From contig NW_014577063.1 in the NCBI RefSeq assembly GCF_000485595.1, positions 1,185,987 to 1,237,370 on the forward strand: a DNA stretch of 51,384 nt, read 5' to 3'. Shown here piece by piece: positions 37,557 to 51,384 of the stretch. Below the pieces are notes generated by a model, which did no database searches, had not been told where the DNA came from, and saw only the letters and a list, made by a program, of their open reading frames with translations. The first letter of the stretch is position 1; each line of letters opens with the position of its first letter. Source of the stretch: Priapulus caudatus (lineage: Eukaryota). The position numbers and the translations under genes were made by a program.

Positions 37557-39858
37557 CGTGTGTGTGTGTGTGTGTGTGTTTAATTGCTAGTGCCGCGGTG
37601 ATTATCAGAGAAGGCATAGTGAGAGGAAGGGAGAGAGGAGGAGGCTAGCTAGATAACGATAGCAAGCGGTAGGGTGAGCGAGAAAAAGAGTGTGTAAAGA
37701 TAATAGTTTGTCCCCTATATTTTGTATGCGTGCGAGGAGACAATGCTTCCGAGGTTTAGATGCTAGCCAAAGTACTTCCCCACAGGCTTAAAAATTTCCA
37801 ACAAGCTGTAACCGTCCATCAGAGAAGAAGGTTCGATTAATTACGTCTAACGTACACTGCAAGCGTTTGTCGCAAGAGAACAAAAATATTTGCTTTTCAA
37901 CCGAAATCGGTTGCGCGCGGGGAAGCGAAACACAAACCATTTGTCTGCAACAGTTGTTGCGATCGAACGCGATAAATTTTATAATCACTATAAATGTTTT
38001 GTCTCAACGTCAGAACGTCGGCCGTATGCGTTAGACGCACAAATTATAGATAGTTTCGCCTCACTCAACTGATCAATCAGCGTTCACTTGGTGATTACGT
38101 GACATTTAAATTTCGCGCTACCTGTGGAACTGGCGTCGCAGATGCCGACTAAAATAATACAAATATCAGCTGCGATGATCAAAAACAAAAGCAAAGACAG
38201 ACGTTCTATTACAACAAAAATCTGCTATGTGTCTCAGATAATAATGCGTGAGGTGCTAGAGGTAAATAATTCATGTCAAAATGCATTCGAAATGCTACTG
38301 TCTGTGAATGAACATACGATACATTGAAAACTCGTCTGTCTAAAAGTCCGTGTGTATCCAAAGGCTCGAATCTGATGCACCTTTATGGAGTCATTGTAGT
38401 AACAAACTATTTCTACGTATCAATTAATTCATTGCTTTGTACTATATCGTCGTGATCAAATCGCCTCATATTGAATATAAATTTTTAATATTTTTAAATG
38501 GTTGTATATATATTTTTAAGTGCATTTAGTTTGCTTGATGTTGTTTGTGCATTTTCATTAGGTCAATTGTCCAGGGGAATATTCTGATGATAAATATCCC
38601 TATCAGACATATAAGATTAAATATTAATAATGATGATGATGACATTGATAATAAGAACAAGATTATTATTATTAATATTAATAATGTTTAGACTTCGATA
38701 ATTGGCTGGCGCGGACTTGTGAAATATATTTATCACCGAAAACTAATGTACTTGTTGATATCATGCCCTATACGGGAAAAATCCATCACCACAATGATCA
38801 CCAAATGATCACCAATGATTCCAATGATTCCAATGTTCCCTGGTAATATTTATGAGAATATAAATACCCATGGCCATTACAATGAAGTAGCTTTGCTACC
38901 CGCAGTGATTATTTTACTTGAAACCTGCTAAAAGTTATTAGAGTGATTTGAGGCAATAATTTTTGGAAGCTGCGAAGATTTGATAATAAATGAAATATAG
39001 CTAGCACGATCCACGAGGGAACAGGTGTGTAACAGCAAATCCAATCATCTCAGCAGATAGAATGTTACCCGCTGAGCAAAAAACCCGGTAACAAAAAAAC
39101 ACACGTTTGTCACGCGGGCGTGGATCGATAATCAATTCGAGACGTAAGAAATCGAACGTGCGAACGAGCTGGAATTGCATGTGGCACCTCTCCCCCCGTA
39201 TACGGCGCTCTGCGCATACAACAGAAATTACGCTAAATTTGTGCACGTAGAGGCTGCGTGGGCCCAAAAGTCTGAAATGTACGGCAAACACGCGAAAATC
39301 TCGAACGCCCATGCATGCAAAGAAACTCCGTGCAGTTTCTCTCCGTAACCAGGGGCGGCACTCGCGCGTGCCGCTCATAAATGCCATCGCCTATTTATTA
39401 TTAAATTTTCGCGTTTAGTTACTTGAACTGAATACTGTACTATACCGTGTGTGAACGTCAGCGGCACAACGAACATCATTATTACGCATTTCTTGCCGGT
39501 TAGTGTACTTTGCAGATGATGTTGACCAAGAGAAAACGATGTTATCGCGATGATTGCGTCTCGTTGAACCTCATATTGTAAAAATTTGAAGAAGTTTCTT
39601 CGTGGGCTGGTTATCGATGATTTAAATTACGAAATTTATTAAACATCCACTCGTGTTTTTTTATTGCCTGCGCAATTTCTTCCCCTTTCTCCCTCCCTCT
39701 CTCACCCCGTCTCTATATCTATCTCTCGCTCTCCCTCTCTCTCACTGTCTTACACACACACACACTATTTATCTATCTGTCTATTTATCTCTCTTTTTCT
39801 CGTCCCATCTCTCACTCTATCGGTTTCTTTCTCTCTGTCGATCTCTCTCTCTCTCTTT

Positions 39859-39914
<56 letters not shown>

Positions 39915-41816
39915 CGCTCTCATTCTCCCCTTCCTTCTTTCTTTCTCTTTTGCATGCGGTCATTGTCTCTCCCTTACTTTAATGCACTCACACGCACATT
40001 CACACGCACCTGCTTTTTTTGTAGCTTTATATTTTTCTGCGAGCTGACAGGTTCCCAGTGACTAGCCTACCCTATACACGGCGCGAGGAAAACGTCGACG
40101 TAAATGCAGCAAATTTTCAAGTGAAAATTGACGCACGTGCGGCGGGGACTATATACGCGAGTCATCGTCAATACCATCGCTTTCTCGTTCGCGCGTTACG
40201 TCGCGTATTTTCCGCAGGTCAGCCCAGTTTGAAATTCGCGACGTTTGCGGACAAGATGGATTGCTGTCGTTACGTTCTGGTTAGGCGCTAAGGCGTCAGC
40301 GTCCCCCGTCTCACTCTCTAGCGCCTAATCGATCGTACGTGATGCTGAGATCAACCTCGTCGACAATACTGTTGATTACGGTCGTTAAGGCAGTGCAGAA
40401 CGTTTTGTGCTGTGACTTTAGCAGCATTTCGTGTACTATTACGCAGCGAGAAATTATGAATGAAGTTAAACGTTTTGCCGTTAGACTGTTTGCCACGTGA
40501 CCTATGCCGGATAATGGCGAAAACAAGTGCTTTATGCTTACTCCGGAGTTATTATTTTTTTGCTTTCTCTGATCGACAACCTTAATTGCACTTTATATGT
40601 TGGCACACATGAATACCCAACTACATTTTTATTACTGCACGTGAAAGCTGCCGGTGCGTAAATAATTTGTTTGAAAATATATGGCACAGCTGGTTTGCAT
40701 ATGAAGTCATAACTCGCCTAAAGTATTTATTAATTAGCAGCAAAGGGAAAGGGTCCGAATGCCACATAGGCTATATGTGATAAAAAGGTGTCAGCAAGAT
40801 CGCACTCGTGTATCGTGTGCCCGCGCATGAATTCTGCGCCCATAGTCGGAATCTAATATTTACACTTTCATCACGAGGAAATTTCTTCACCCGCTATTTG
40901 ACGTCTTTTCCGCTGCTATTTTGCGTCCTATGCTGTCTTTTACGACTCGGTTTTACATGCGATCAGATGCCGAAGCGACATGTTTATGATTACGAGATAA
41001 TTCCCTTAGGCATTCCCGGGATTTGTTAGTTTTCAGAAAGCCTGACAATGTTTTCACCGCGAATATTGCATAGGAAGGGTAATTACAGCGGACAAGTAGA
41101 TGATTCTGCGAGCATCCCTATAAACGCTCGTCGATTATTACTCGCACGCATCTGCATCTCTCAGCGATTCGGAAACCTTGATTCTTCTTTGTGTTTATAC
41201 GTTACGATAGGAATTAAACGACAAGTGAACATATGGCGATGTCGGTGACCTGCGTCAATGTATAGTTGACATAATTTCCAATATTCTCTATAGAGCTGGC
41301 GTTAAAAACTACGTTAATCGGCCGAGGGAAAGAGAAAAAATTGCATGTGGTTTATTGGGAAAAATTGACATCGAAATAATGAATTAACGAAAGAATGAAG
41401 AATAGAACGAAGGAAAAATGCTAGAAATAAAAGTATATAATAAAATGAAACGAGAGCAAAAGAAATTTATAAAAGAATCAGAAAAGCCTAGAAATAGGAA
41501 AGTAAAAAACTAGAAATAAAATTACTTTAATAGGAAGAACACGGGAAGGGAAAAATAAAGATAGGAGCGAGATAGCGATAGACTAAAGTTTGACAACATT
41601 CAGTATGTCAATTATTCCATCGATGGCAATAATTCATTAATATTGTTCTAAAAAGAATATTGATAGCAGATTTCCCATGTTCTTTGTTCTGTCAGAGTTG
41701 CTGATACCCCTGCGAGTAATAGTGCAGGGGCAAGAGGCAAGCGAGTTAAGGAAAGGGACAGTGAAGAGAAAAGAGAAACAGACAGAGAGAGAGAAAAGAG
41801 GGCGAAAGCGAGAGAG

Positions 41817-41861
<45 letters not shown>

Positions 41862-42038
41862 AGAGAAAGAGAAAGAGAGCGCGAGAGAAATAAAGAGTTG
41901 AGAGAGCGCGCGAGAAAGAGACAGAGAGAGATTCATGCACGCACGCACACACACGCACACGCGCGCACGCAACGCCACGCACGCACGCACGCACGCACAA
42001 CATACACACCCACACACACACACACACCACACACAGAG

Positions 42039-42089
<51 letters not shown>

Positions 42090-42365
42090 GCAGACAGACG
42101 GACGGACGGAATGTCGGACAGAAGGACGGGCGGAAAAGCACCAAACAGAGAATCGTAGTGCATGCAAGCTATTCCAGCCTGCACCCAATACGAACTAGCT
42201 CGTCGCGCCTGTATTATATTACAACATACAAACCACACGAAACTCGCAGCATGCTCGAGCACTCATCTGCCTTACCTGTCTGTAGTGTGACACGGTCCCG
42301 GTGTCAGATGTGGAATCTCGGAGAGCGAGAGATCTTTCGATCGACTCGGCGATGCTACACGGCCA
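36883..42365 (+). repeat. Duplicated blocks E (36883-37400) and C (37575-42365), copy 2
   Basis: Colinear with 32553-33075 and 28030-32815; joined through a (GT)n tract; ends at the N gap. Confidence 0.97.
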
Positions 42366-42390
42366 NNNNNNNNNNNNNNNNNNNNNNNNN
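42366..42390. other. Assembly gap, 25 N
   Basis: 25 consecutive n; the sequences on the two sides repeat each other over ~1.9 kb. Confidence 1.
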
Positions 42391-42399
42391 AGAAGATCG

Positions 42400-43714
42400 C
42401 CGGATTAATGGCGAAAACAAGTTCTTTATGCTTACTCGGAGTTTATTATTTTTTGTTTCTCTGATCGACAACCTTAATTGCACTTTATATGTTGGCACAC
42501 ATGAATACCCAACTACAATTTTTATTACTGCACGTGAAAGCTGCCGTGCGTAAATAATTTGTTTGAAAATATATGGCACCAGCTGGTTTGCATATGAAGT
42601 CATAACTCGCCAAGTATTTATTAATTAGCAGCAAAGGGAAAGGGTCCGAATGCCACATAGGACTATATGTGATAAAAAGGTTGTCAGCAAGATCGCACTC
42701 GTGTACGTGTGCCCGCGCATGAATTCTCGCGCATAGTCGGAATCTAATATTTAACACTTTCATCACGAGGAAATTTCTTCCACCGCTATTTGACGTCATT
42801 TTCCGCTGCTATTTTGCGTCCTATGCTGTCTTTTACGACTGGTTTTACATGGCGATCAGATGCCGAAGCGACATGTTTATGATTACGAGATAATTCCCTT
42901 AGGCATTCCCGGGTATTGTTAGTTTTACAGAAAGCCTGACAATGTTTTCACGCGAATATTGCATAGGAAGGGTAATTACAGCGACAAGTAGATGAATTCT
43001 GCGAGCATCCTCTATAAACGCTCGTCGATTATTACTCGCACGCATACTGCATCTCTCAGCGATTCGGAAACCTTGATTCTTCTTTGTGTTTATACGTTAC
43101 GATAGGAATTAAACGACAAGTGAACATATGGCGATGTCGGTGACCTGCGTCAATGTATAGTTGACATAATTTCCAATATTCTCTATAGAGCTGGCGTTAA
43201 AACTACGTTAATCGGCGAGGGAACGAGAAAAAATTGCATGGGTTAATTGGGAAAAAATGACATCGAAATAATGAAAATAACGAAAGAATGAAGAATAGAA
43301 CGAAGGAAAAAATGCTAGAAAATAAAAGTATATAATAAAAAAATGAAACGGACAAAAGAAATTATAAAAGAATCAGAAAAGCCTAGAAATAGGAAAGTAA
43401 AAAAACTAGAAATAAAATTACTTTAATAGGAAGAGACACGGGAAGGGAAAAATAAGATAGGAGCGAGATAGCGATAGACTAAAGCTTTGACACCATTCAG
43501 TATGTCAATTATTCCATCGATGGCAATAATTCATTAATATATGTTCTAAAAAGAATATTGATAAGCAGATTTCCCAATGTTCTTTGTTCTGTCAGAGTTG
43601 CTGATACCCCTGCGAGTAATAGTGCAGGGGCAAGGGCAAGCGAGTTAAGGAAAGGGACAGTGAGAGAGAAAGAGAAACAGACAGAGAGAGAGAAAGAGGG
43701 CGAAAGCGAGAGAG

Positions 43715-43753
<39 letters not shown>

Positions 43754-43968
43754 AAAGAGAGAGAAAGAGAAAGAGAGCGCGAGAGAAATAAAGAGTTGAG
43801 AGAGCGCGCGAGAAAGAGACAGAGAGAGATTCATGGCACGCACGCACACACCACGCACACGCGCGCACCGGCGACGCCACGCACAGCACGCACGCCACGC
43901 ACACACATACACACACAGCAACACACACCACACACACACACACAGAGCGAGAGAGAGAGAGAGAGAGA

Positions 43969-44003
<35 letters not shown>

Positions 44004-45470
44004 CAGACAGACGGACGGACGGAATGTCGGACAGAAGGACGGGCGGAAAAGCACACAAACAGAGAATCGTAGTGCATGCAAGCTATTCCAGCCTGCACCC
44101 AATACGAACTAGCTCGTCGCGCCTGTATTAATACAAATACAACACCACACGAAACTCGCAGCATGGCTCAGCACTCATCTGCCTACCTGTCTGTAGTGTG
44201 ACACGTCCCGTGTCAGATGTGGGAATCTCGGGAGAGCGAGAGATCTTGATCGACTCGGCGATGCTACACGGCCACTGAGAACGTGCTGACAGCTTTGGTG
44301 TTGCACTTGTGCGGCGATGTGTTGCCTGATAGTATATGCGGGCGAGCGCGCCGCCGCACGGCCGCCGCCGCCACCCGGCCGCGTTATTGATGGCTCACGC
44401 GTGGGCGCCGCAGCTTGCTGGACGCGCATGCGTGCATAGCGTAGCCCCTCGCTGGACTTCCCATCGTATCGTATGCTGTGAACGGTGGTCGTAGGCCTAC
44501 GGCGCTTGGCTAGTGGCTCAAGTGGCTGTTCTTATATCTCTGTGGAGAAATGCGTGCGTGCGCGCGCGCGTGTGTGTTGTGTTGTGTGCGCGCTGAGTGT
44601 GTGTGTGTGTGTTGTGTTGTGTGTGGTGTGTGTGTGTTGTGTGGTCGCCTGTAATGTGCGTGTCGTGCGTGCCGGTGGTGTGTGTGTGTGTGGTGTGTGT
44701 GTTGCTGTGTGTGTGTTGTGGTCGTGGTGTGTTTGCTGTGTGCGTGCGTTGCCGTGCCGTGTGCGTGCGTGAGTTGTGGTGTGTGTGTCATATGCGTTGC
44801 GTGCGTGGCGTGCGTGCGCCGTGTGTTTTTGCGGGTGTGTGGTGTGTGTGTGTGTGTTGTGTGACGTTTGGTTTTATGTGCCGCGTGCGTGCACGACTGA
44901 ACGCCTTGTAGTGTATATATATATGAAAGCAGTTCGTGCAGCCTGTTGTGATTACGCAATTTAACGTATGTAGGTTATACGCAGTGTGTGTTCTATTTTC
45001 ATTTTAGATGTTCTCCATGCCGTCCGTACGTTAAAAGTGCCCGCGCAACTGGATTTGAACTTAAATGACATGACTAAATTGTAAACTCATTTCCAACCAA
45101 ATACGAAATATTATTAAAAATAAAAATAAACAATTAAAATGTCATGTAATCCCCCAATTTCACGTATCTGCTTCCCCTCTGCATCTCATTCTTCATTTCT
45201 CTCTCCTCTCTTCTCTTCTCTCTCTCTCTCTCTCTTTCTCCTGTATTTCCTTGCTCCCTTTCTGTTGCGTGGGACAGTGGCACTAGACTCAACGCGGTCT
45301 GTGTAATGTATTACTTACTAGCGCTCACCTTGCTAAAATAATGCCGTGACTCCCTAGATAATAAAATGCTCGTGGAACTCGGCGGCTCCTGGCTAACATC
45401 AACGCGGGCTCTCTCTTTAACTCGTCTCTCTCCCTCGTCTCAAATCGACCCGTCGCTTCTCCTCTCCTCA

Positions 45471-45503
<33 letters not shown>

Positions 45504-48455
45504 CTGCACATCTCTCTCCCTCGCTCTCTCCTCTCTCTCTCTCTCTCCCTCTTCTTTCTCTCTCTCTCTTCTCTCATTGCCTCGCTGCTCCGCATTTCTC
45601 TATATCTCTATTGTCTTTGTCCTGCTCTCTCATCTCTCTCTCGCGCTCTCTCCCTCCCTCTCTCGCCTCTCTTCTCTCTCTCCCTGCTCGCTCTGTCTGT
45701 ATCGTCTGCGTTCCTGCTCGGATTAACCTTCATTCTTACATTGGCTGTCTCAATTCACGAGGTTACTGCCTCTCGCAGGTAGTAACAGAACATTGGTAAG
45801 CCATTGGCTCCATGCTAAAACGTATGCAAGCGCAAAATGTGTTTTACACTTAGTGGTTAATCTTTTATTAAACGCACTCATATAACTAAATCACACATTA
45901 GATTCTAATATACCCAGCTAGTCCTTACATCCCATTTGGACCGTTCGCCTGTATTCACCTAATACAAGCGCGCCTCTAATAAACTCATATTAAATCGCAA
46001 CCACGGCAGATGTGCCGATTTCACAGCTGGATGAACAATACTATAACTGTTTACACACCCCGTATTGAAAGTTTTAATTAGATATATTGTAGTATATAAA
46101 AAATGTAAAGCGACAAATGAATGCAATATCATAATCTGATGCCTTGGCCGTATAGTTTCACTACTTTATATTACCATCATAGTTAACAGCCGAACCAAAC
46201 AACAACACCTCAAAATGATATCTATATCATATATTTATTAATTAACGGGGACCGGCCGAGGGAATTAGTTGTCCGAGAAGCAAACACTACGGAACACTAT
46301 CTTGGCGACTGTGTGTTAAAGTAATATTGGCAATACTCACGTGGCGCCCGTGTGCATGTGAAAACGCGATTATATACAAAGCCGGTACGGTTCATCGCCA
46401 TTGCCCCTTTCCGATCTCCGTGTTCGAGAAAAACCTTATTCGCCTTATATCGCGCAAGAATTCCGTGAAGACTCTCAATATGTAATCACTATCAATTCAG
46501 CTCACAACGCTGCATACGTTCGCGTCTGGGGGTCAGCGTACAAACTTGATTGACAAACAGCATAGAAAGAAATCTTGCCGCTTTCTCGTATAAGATTCCC
46601 GTGGGGTGAGATAAGATAAAATACGCGATAGGAGGCCCCAGCGCTTATCGCACTGAAGTCTAAGAGTCGCTTCTATAGTAGATAAAAATAGAGTTCTCTA
46701 CAGAGGGACTCCTATTTTTCTGGTACAGGAAAATGTCTATAAAACTGCTATAAATGTCTCATATATGAATACAAAAAATTTAAATTCTATATTTTGATTG
46801 GAAATGAAATGTTGCTTGGATGATTATATACTGTTTTCATAATGGCTGGCATCTACAGATAATTGCACCGCGTATCCATACAGCGCTGTAACTTGAGCGC
46901 AGCGGCGCGCTGTCCAAGTTTTGAAAACAAAATGGCATTCATAAAATTGCGGAGTTGTCGCAACTCTAAACTGAATCTAGCCGAGAGATCCGTGCAATGC
47001 AATTATCAGCGTGTATAGCCTATCAATAACGGAATAACGCTTTACTGCCATCAATATCTCACTGAGAAAAACAAACAAGCAAACTCTCAATAGGGCCTTC
47101 TTAACCGCGTTGACTATCTGATGGCTCGTCTTCACGACACACGCGGGGCACAGATCGACGCAGTGAAGATCACCAGGCCGATGAAAATATATATTACAGA
47201 CACTAGTCTAACTAGTAATAATTATTTGCGCATCAATCACCAACCCACCGCGGCGGGTTTACGCGCAAAGCAAGCTAGTCCGAAAATGCGATGACGATCG
47301 AATCGATTCTAGCTGCGAGCACCAAGGTTACGTTCAGCACACATCGGCTGTAAGTACACAGTAATAACAATTAAGCGCCGTACCAATTGGGTAAACATGT
47401 TGCGGTGATGCTACGCCGTTAGCGTCGGCGATGCCAACGTGATTGACATAACATGCAGACCATAGCGATACGCGCGCGGCATGACCGAGGCTAATCAACG
47501 TAAACCAATGGCTTTCGGCGATGAGCCCTGAGTCCCCCGAAATGGATTTCCATCATCGGACATTTACGGAGTGAAAATGGTTTTTGCGCAAAATGAGATT
47601 TCCCCCCCCCCAATTTGGCGACGCTGTGGAAGGACGACTAACAGGGATCGAACGTGTCAAAGACGATCAGAGATCTTGGCAGCGAAAAATTGTTGTTTTC
47701 GCTCTTCGGAGATAACCGGACGTCATTAACGAACCGATGGCTCAGTGTGAAATTATCACGCTAACCATTCAGCCGCATAATCAAACTGTCGTGTCTCGTC
47801 ATTCTCGCACGGACGACGAAGCGTCCGACTCCCGTTAAATGAGAGCTGCGGCCCAAACCTGAACTCGTCACGATGAAAAAGAACCACATGAACAAGCAAA
47901 AACAAAATCGCGCCATCGGTTTTTAATAGCGCATTCTGTGCAATATACCAGAAAAAAACACCTCGCTAACGGAAAAGTTAGCGTTTTATTCAGGCCACTC
48001 TCTGCTCTCTCTGGCATGGAAATAGGGGAAAAGGAAAAAGAAAAAAGGATCCATCCGCGGCTACGACTCCTATCGCCGATTTAGTTTAAGCGCGTACTTT
48101 TCAGTGACGATGGTGACTTGGTTGCGCGAGAAGGGCGTTGTGTCTGCAACGGATAGAGTCAGGTACAGTTCTACTTTCACCAGTCCTAAACCCTCAGCCG
48201 CGAGCTGCGACCGAAAGACTGGCGTGAGTCAAATCGCGTGCAACACGCCTCACACGCTTATACGATGTTTACCTTCCCCGCGCCATAAATTAGTTGTCAT
48301 TATAAAAGCTCAACGCTTGCAACGCGCAAGACAATCAAGACGGGTATTGTTGTCAGTAGTGTAAGGGAGTAGGGTGGGTTGTTTCTATGCTACTGTGCTG
48401 GAGTCTGCAGCAATCGCGGTGACCAGAAGCACGTGAAACGCTGATCGATTGTCAA
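42400..48455 (+). repeat. Duplicated block D, copy 2 (noise increases after ~44.2 kb)
   Basis: Colinear with 30970-36635; diverges at acgctgatc(a/g)attgtca. Confidence 0.96.
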
Positions 48456-48506
48456 TTGTACAATTGTCAATTGTCTGATCAATACGATACGCGCGCACGT
48501 ACACAC

Positions 48507-48546
<40 letters not shown>

Positions 48547-50062
48547 ACAGCACACACAACACACGCGGCGGCAGCGCAAACGCACGTACACACGCAGAAA
48601 ACGCACGCACACACACGCGCTCGCATACACGCATCCCAACCTGTTATCACTGTTGTGTTAACCCTCTCTTAGTAGTCCATCTTTCCCTGCTAAATGCTAG
48701 CTGTCAGTTCACAGCTGAAACATATTACCCCTCTAAGAAGAAACAATGGTGTATTCAATTCTTGATAATCTGTCCCGTGTTCTGCTTCTATTGTCCCACT
48801 GTTCGCTTGTATTATTACGGACTGTCATTTCTTCGCCCGTGAGCAATGCCAATGCATTTCTTAATGAGTAAGACTAAAGCCGATGATATTGGACTGATGT
48901 GAAGCACTTGATAGTGGCATCAGCCGTTATAATCTCACACTGCAGGCCGTCCATCATTCACTAACAATGAAAGTGGCATCTTATCGCGATATCTCATCCA
49001 GTGGGAGTCTGCGACTGATATCGCCTACGCCTGCCAATTATATTACCATTCGCCCGTCAGATGACGCTGGTGTAGTATATCATTCCTTTTCAATCAACGA
49101 TAATTACAGTGTATTATTATAATTACTTATTAATTTATTCATATTTTAGTTTTTAGTTATATTTATATTTATATTACCCATTTAATGCATGGTTGTTGAA
49201 GAAACCATTGATTTTCGTAGACTAAAAAAACATCAATGTAACCCGAGTCCATCGGTAGTAGGCAACATTGATTTTCTAGCACCACAATACTCCTTGTTGC
49301 CCGCACAACCAGGCGATAAATGAGTTGTTGTATTTAAAATCAGGGATAAGAATTCAATAGCTAGGGCCGACTGTGAGAAATGTGACACCCCCACGCCACT
49401 CAAATTAACAAGAATAACAACAACTACATCCACATAGTACTACCCTAGGATTCCTATAATTTATTATGAGGTGATTCAGAAAATATTAACGCAAACGTCA
49501 CGTTTAACATTCAATATGACTCCAACTGCTAATCATTTTCCCCTAATTAATCACAATCCATTGATATAGAATAGAATCTTCCACACTCAAACAACCATTT
49601 CGCAGGAACGCATAACTCTATACTACGCTGTCACACATAAACAAATCGCAGCTGGTTACATATTTTTCTGGAACAGTATTATAGTATTTGACATTCAATC
49701 CCGCACTACAGTCGCATGTTTCAGGATGCCCTGCGAGTTAATAAAAGTAACTTTGTTTTTATTGGCTTCTCATATCATTTAGGTTGCCCATCGAATATGT
49801 CGCTATTCCTCCGTCTCTTTATGACAGCGAATCTTATCAGACCTATTGACAAATCCGACTATATTACACTGTTCCACACACGATTACTTCATCTGCCGAT
49901 GTATCGCAGCTAATAAATAGAATCACCCATGACCCACCGTATAACTCTCCGATTAGCATTAAATGCTTTTCTTCTACCCATCACATGCGACACACGCATT
50001 AGCTGAAAGCCGTACGCGTTAACATTGACAACCTAATATTGCTATCCGGCCAGGATGTCAAT

Positions 50063-50155
50063 GCTCGATATGACTCGATATGGCTCGATATGGCTCGATG
50101 GGCCAGTAGTAGTAGTAGTAGTAGTAGTAATAGTAGTAGTGATAGTAGTAGTAAT
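50063..50155. repeat. 10-bp repeat (GCTCGATATG) x~4 followed by (AGT)n
   Basis: Directly visible; abuts the start of block B copy 2. Confidence 0.9.
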
Positions 50156-50159
50156 ATAT

Positions 50160-51241
50160 TATATAATTATTGTTGGGTTGTGAGAACGGAGGTTTGTGGG
50201 CACTAGAAAATCAATGATTCCCTGGACTGATATTGGTTTTTGATTGTTGAGGACAACAAATCTCCATGTTGCCCGGAGCATCCGGCAACAATTGCTTTAC
50301 TATATATAAAAGTAAGATTAAATTATACTATTACTAGGCCTGACTGTGAGCGGTGGGACAAGAAGAAAGAATGATAAAGACAAAAATGAGAAGAAAGACG
50401 ATTCCACATACTAATTTTAGTCTTTCTGTGATTTATTAAGCGTGAATAGGAAATCAAACATTGCTTTAATAATTCAATAACCATTTACCTGTTTTTCGTA
50501 GATGATAACAATCCGCAGAGATATTTTGAAATGCGCGCAAGGATTAAATATCTTGAAATTTTCGCAGCATTTGTTGTAATGCCAAATGCAAGTAAAATCC
50601 AGCCCGCAGGGAAAAGACGTTTTATTTCATTCAGTGTGGTTTAAATATTCAATATACTGTCCTCGTCTACTGGTTCATATCTTCTTTTAAAACAGACCGT
50701 GGTGGCCATTTTTGGTGGGGAAGCGTTTATGCTAGGTGGCAGCACCGCTAAGCGGGCACGTGACATGCTGTGCACACATTACAATCTGGTATATTTTGCA
50801 GGCATATAATATAAAGGTATATATATATATATATACCTATTTTATTTATATGTATATGCTATTTATTATCTATATGTATAGTATTTGGGTTCTGTTGGAA
50901 AATTGTGTACGCGTGTAGATGTTACGCCTAAATATAATATGCAATAACGTTTATCTTTTGATTAATTATAATAACCGTTATTTGTTCTCTGCAATGCCAT
51001 ACTTGACATGTATGGACGGGAAACATCGTGTGTGCGATGCGTGGTGTGAGCTGATAACACTGCACGCACGCAAGATCGACCTTTATAGCAATGGTTATAG
51101 GGAGCACGCGTGTCTGCCTGTGCCAGCGTACCTGTCTGCCCGTGTCTGTGTGTATGAGTTACTGTTTGCTCGTTTGGGTGAATAGGAGTGCACGCGTACG
51201 TATGGCGGTGGATGTGTGTAAGGGATGCGTATGTGGGGGGG

Positions 51242-51303
<62 letters not shown>

Positions 51304-51318
51304 TGTGTTAGTGTGTGG

Positions 51319-51372
<54 letters not shown>

Positions 51373-51384
51373 TGTAGTAGGTCG
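50160..51384 (+). repeat. Duplicated block B, copy 2, running into (GT)n
   Basis: Colinear with 26761-27970; homopolymer indels plus several substitutions. Confidence 0.97.

Noticed and set aside
49380..49760. Possible decayed 3' end of a CR1/L2-type LINE (IFFWNS...FQDAL fragments)
   Set aside because: Too degraded and in a noisy region; no reverse transcriptase motif seen; needs BLASTX.

Overview
Eukaryotic, most likely invertebrate animal, non-coding DNA: little CpG depletion, TTAGGG-type telomeric repeat, very dense microsatellites. No intact, recognisable protein-coding gene, rRNA, canonical tRNA or CRISPR array is present. Most ORFs in the track are translations of simple repeats. Much of the window is multi-kb direct duplications (1-4.2k = 10.3-14.7k; 26.8-27.9k = 50.2-51.3k; 28.0-32.8k = 37.6-42.4k; 31.0-36.6k = 42.4-48.5k). 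Their second copies carry long-read-type indel noise, break at microsatellites and flank a 25-N gap, so they are probably at least partly assembly artefacts. Supportable content is a transposon landscape: a non-autonomous Helitron (3' hairpin+CTAG, 5' TC, internal satellite modules, tRNA-like head), a Harbinger-like end next to a truncated MADF/Myb-SANT reading frame, a Tc1/mariner-type MITE, and an interstitial (TTAGGG)30 composite. The most unusual signal is three ultra-short (42-78 bp) CATAGAAATA...TATTTCTATG elements with 8-bp target duplications, which look like P-superfamily micro-MITEs or excision footprints. A few orphan coding-like segments (25.8-26.6k, 20.5-21.2k, and a spliced model at 36.3-37.2k) have no family I can name.
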